A stretch of 64,000 bases of DNA from a virus: IMG/VR virus record IMGVR_UViG_3300045988_176106. The stretch is one strand, 5' to 3'. The translations under genes were made by a program, and so were the position numbers. Under the pieces are notes generated by a model. That model was not told the origin of the DNA. It saw only the letters and a program-made list of their open reading frames with translations, and made no database searches. Shown in pieces: positions 63,094 to 64,000 of this stretch; positions within the stretch are counted from its first letter, which is position 1; every line of letters begins with the position of its first letter.

Positions 63094-63918
63094 ATGAGTA
63101 CAATAACCGCATTAGTTGATAGAGATGATGGAACTGTGGATACAGTTTATGCATCTGAAAATAGAGATGGAAGTGTATCATTGACTACCGTAAACTCGGG
63201 GACTGGTGAAACAAGAAGTGGAGCCAGTCCAAAAGGAACTGCTAGGGCAGCTAATACTTCTAATAGTTCAAATAAGAATTCTAAAACAGGCACATTGTAT
63301 CATGCAGATGTAGACGAGATAGAAGTTAAAGGTAAGAGACAACCAAAAGGTCATAGCTTCGTAAACGGCCTGTATAATAAATACTATTCATCGAGTGACT
63401 GTATGATCTATATAGAAGATATATGGCTTGATAAAGTTTCTGGCATAGGTATAAATGAGTCACTGTCTAGTGTTCCTATATATACAATAGGAAATTCTAG
63501 GTACAGTTTTCTATCAAGAGGAAACAATATAGTAACTGGTTTCATATCTATAAATAAATGTACTAAAGATTATTTGCCAATAGTTCTGGAAAATATAAAT
63601 AAAAATTCTGAGTTTAGAAAATTGACCCCATATGAACAAATGCAGCTTACATCTGAAGAGTTGAGAGTATACAAAGAAAAAGAAGCTGCAATGGAATCTG
63701 GTAAGGTGTCTAATAAATCTGTATTAGACTGGGCAGACTTAGATACATTTAATATAACTATATCATACAATAACGGAGACCCAACTATGGCTGGTGTAAA
63801 ACAATATGTTGATATACAAGAAATAAGAATAATAGGGTTCGAAACTAGTATAGATATAGGAAGTGATGGACAACTAATAGATGGCTACAGATTTATAGCT
63901 AAAGAAGTAAGAGGATAA
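63094..63918 (+). CDS. Possible third tube-fold paralog
   Basis: 274 aa. ...ESLSSVPIYTIGNSRYSFLSRGNNIVTGFISI echoes the S-x-x-x-VP[VI][YF]-x-x-G...G-x-x-x-V-x-G core. The similarity is weaker. Confidence 0.75.
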   Translation: MSTITALVDRDDGTVDTVYASENRDGSVSLTTVNSGTGETRSGASPKGTARAANTSNSSNKNSKTGTLYHADVDEIEVKGKRQPKGHSFVNGLYNKYYSSSDCMIYIEDIWLDKVSGIGINESLSSVPIYTIGNSRYSFLSRGNNIVTGFISINKCTKDYLPIVLENINKNSEFRKLTPYEQMQLTSEELRVYKEKEAAMESGKVSNKSVLDWADLDTFNITISYNNGDPTMAGVKQYVDIQEIRIIGFETSIDIGSDGQLIDGYRFIAKEVRG

Positions 63919-63919
63919 T

Positions 63920-64000
63920 ATGTCATTAACAGTAGACGAAGTAAAAGGCCTAAGTACATTACCGGAAGATGATCTTACAGTTGAAGAAGCAATAGAGATA
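63920..64000 (+). CDS. Partial CDS (N-terminus only)
   Basis: ATG 63920 with GAGGA upstream. MSLTVDEVKGLSTLPEDDLTVEEAIEI... is open to the window edge. Confidence 0.6.
   Translation, partial: MSLTVDEVKGLSTLPEDDLTVEEAIEI

Noticed and set aside
1-64000. Stop-codon reassignment (alternative genetic code), as seen in some large phages
   Set aside because: All long genes, including the late structural ones, are open under the standard code, and the ORF-free regions contain all three stop codons. Recoding need not be invoked.

Overview
AT-rich (by eye about one-third G+C, not computed) segment of a large contractile-tailed dsDNA phage genome.

**Minus-strand early/middle block (1-26.3 kb):**
- RNase HI and four tandem paralogs.
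- Two divergent ~1,120-aa single-chain two-barrel (beta-like plus beta'-like) RNA polymerases.
- A SleB-type cell-wall hydrolase, a Bfd-like ferredoxin, and many small membrane or secreted proteins.
- An RNA-gene cluster at 8.1-9.5 kb: a circularly permuted (two-piece type) tmRNA gene, a ~550-nt helix-dense ORF-free RNA candidate and a tRNA-like gene.
- At least 15 copies of one sequence-conserved, strand-specific stem-loop punctuate the genes (RNA form UCGGCAC-loop-GUGUCGA followed by a U-run).
- A 1.2-kb ORF-free TATA-rich region at 14.5-15.75 kb.

**Plus-strand late block (26.76 kb to the window end):**
- Glycine-zipper proteins and small TM/coiled-coil proteins.
- A second ~650-nt ORF-free structured region at 30.5-31.2 kb.
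- A packaging operon: Cys4 protein interrupted by a mini-intein, PD-(D/E)XK nuclease, DEDDh exonuclease, large terminase.
- Portal, S78 protease-scaffold fusion, major capsid and about 12 structural proteins.
- Tail sheath and three tail-tube-fold paralogs, one fused to a staphylococcal-nuclease domain.

No CRISPR array, integrase or transposase was seen. Several track ORFs start at TTG/GTG codons that run through terminator hairpins. I re-called those starts at internal ATGs with Shine-Dalgarno sequences. All functional calls come from motifs read by eye; nothing was searched against a database.
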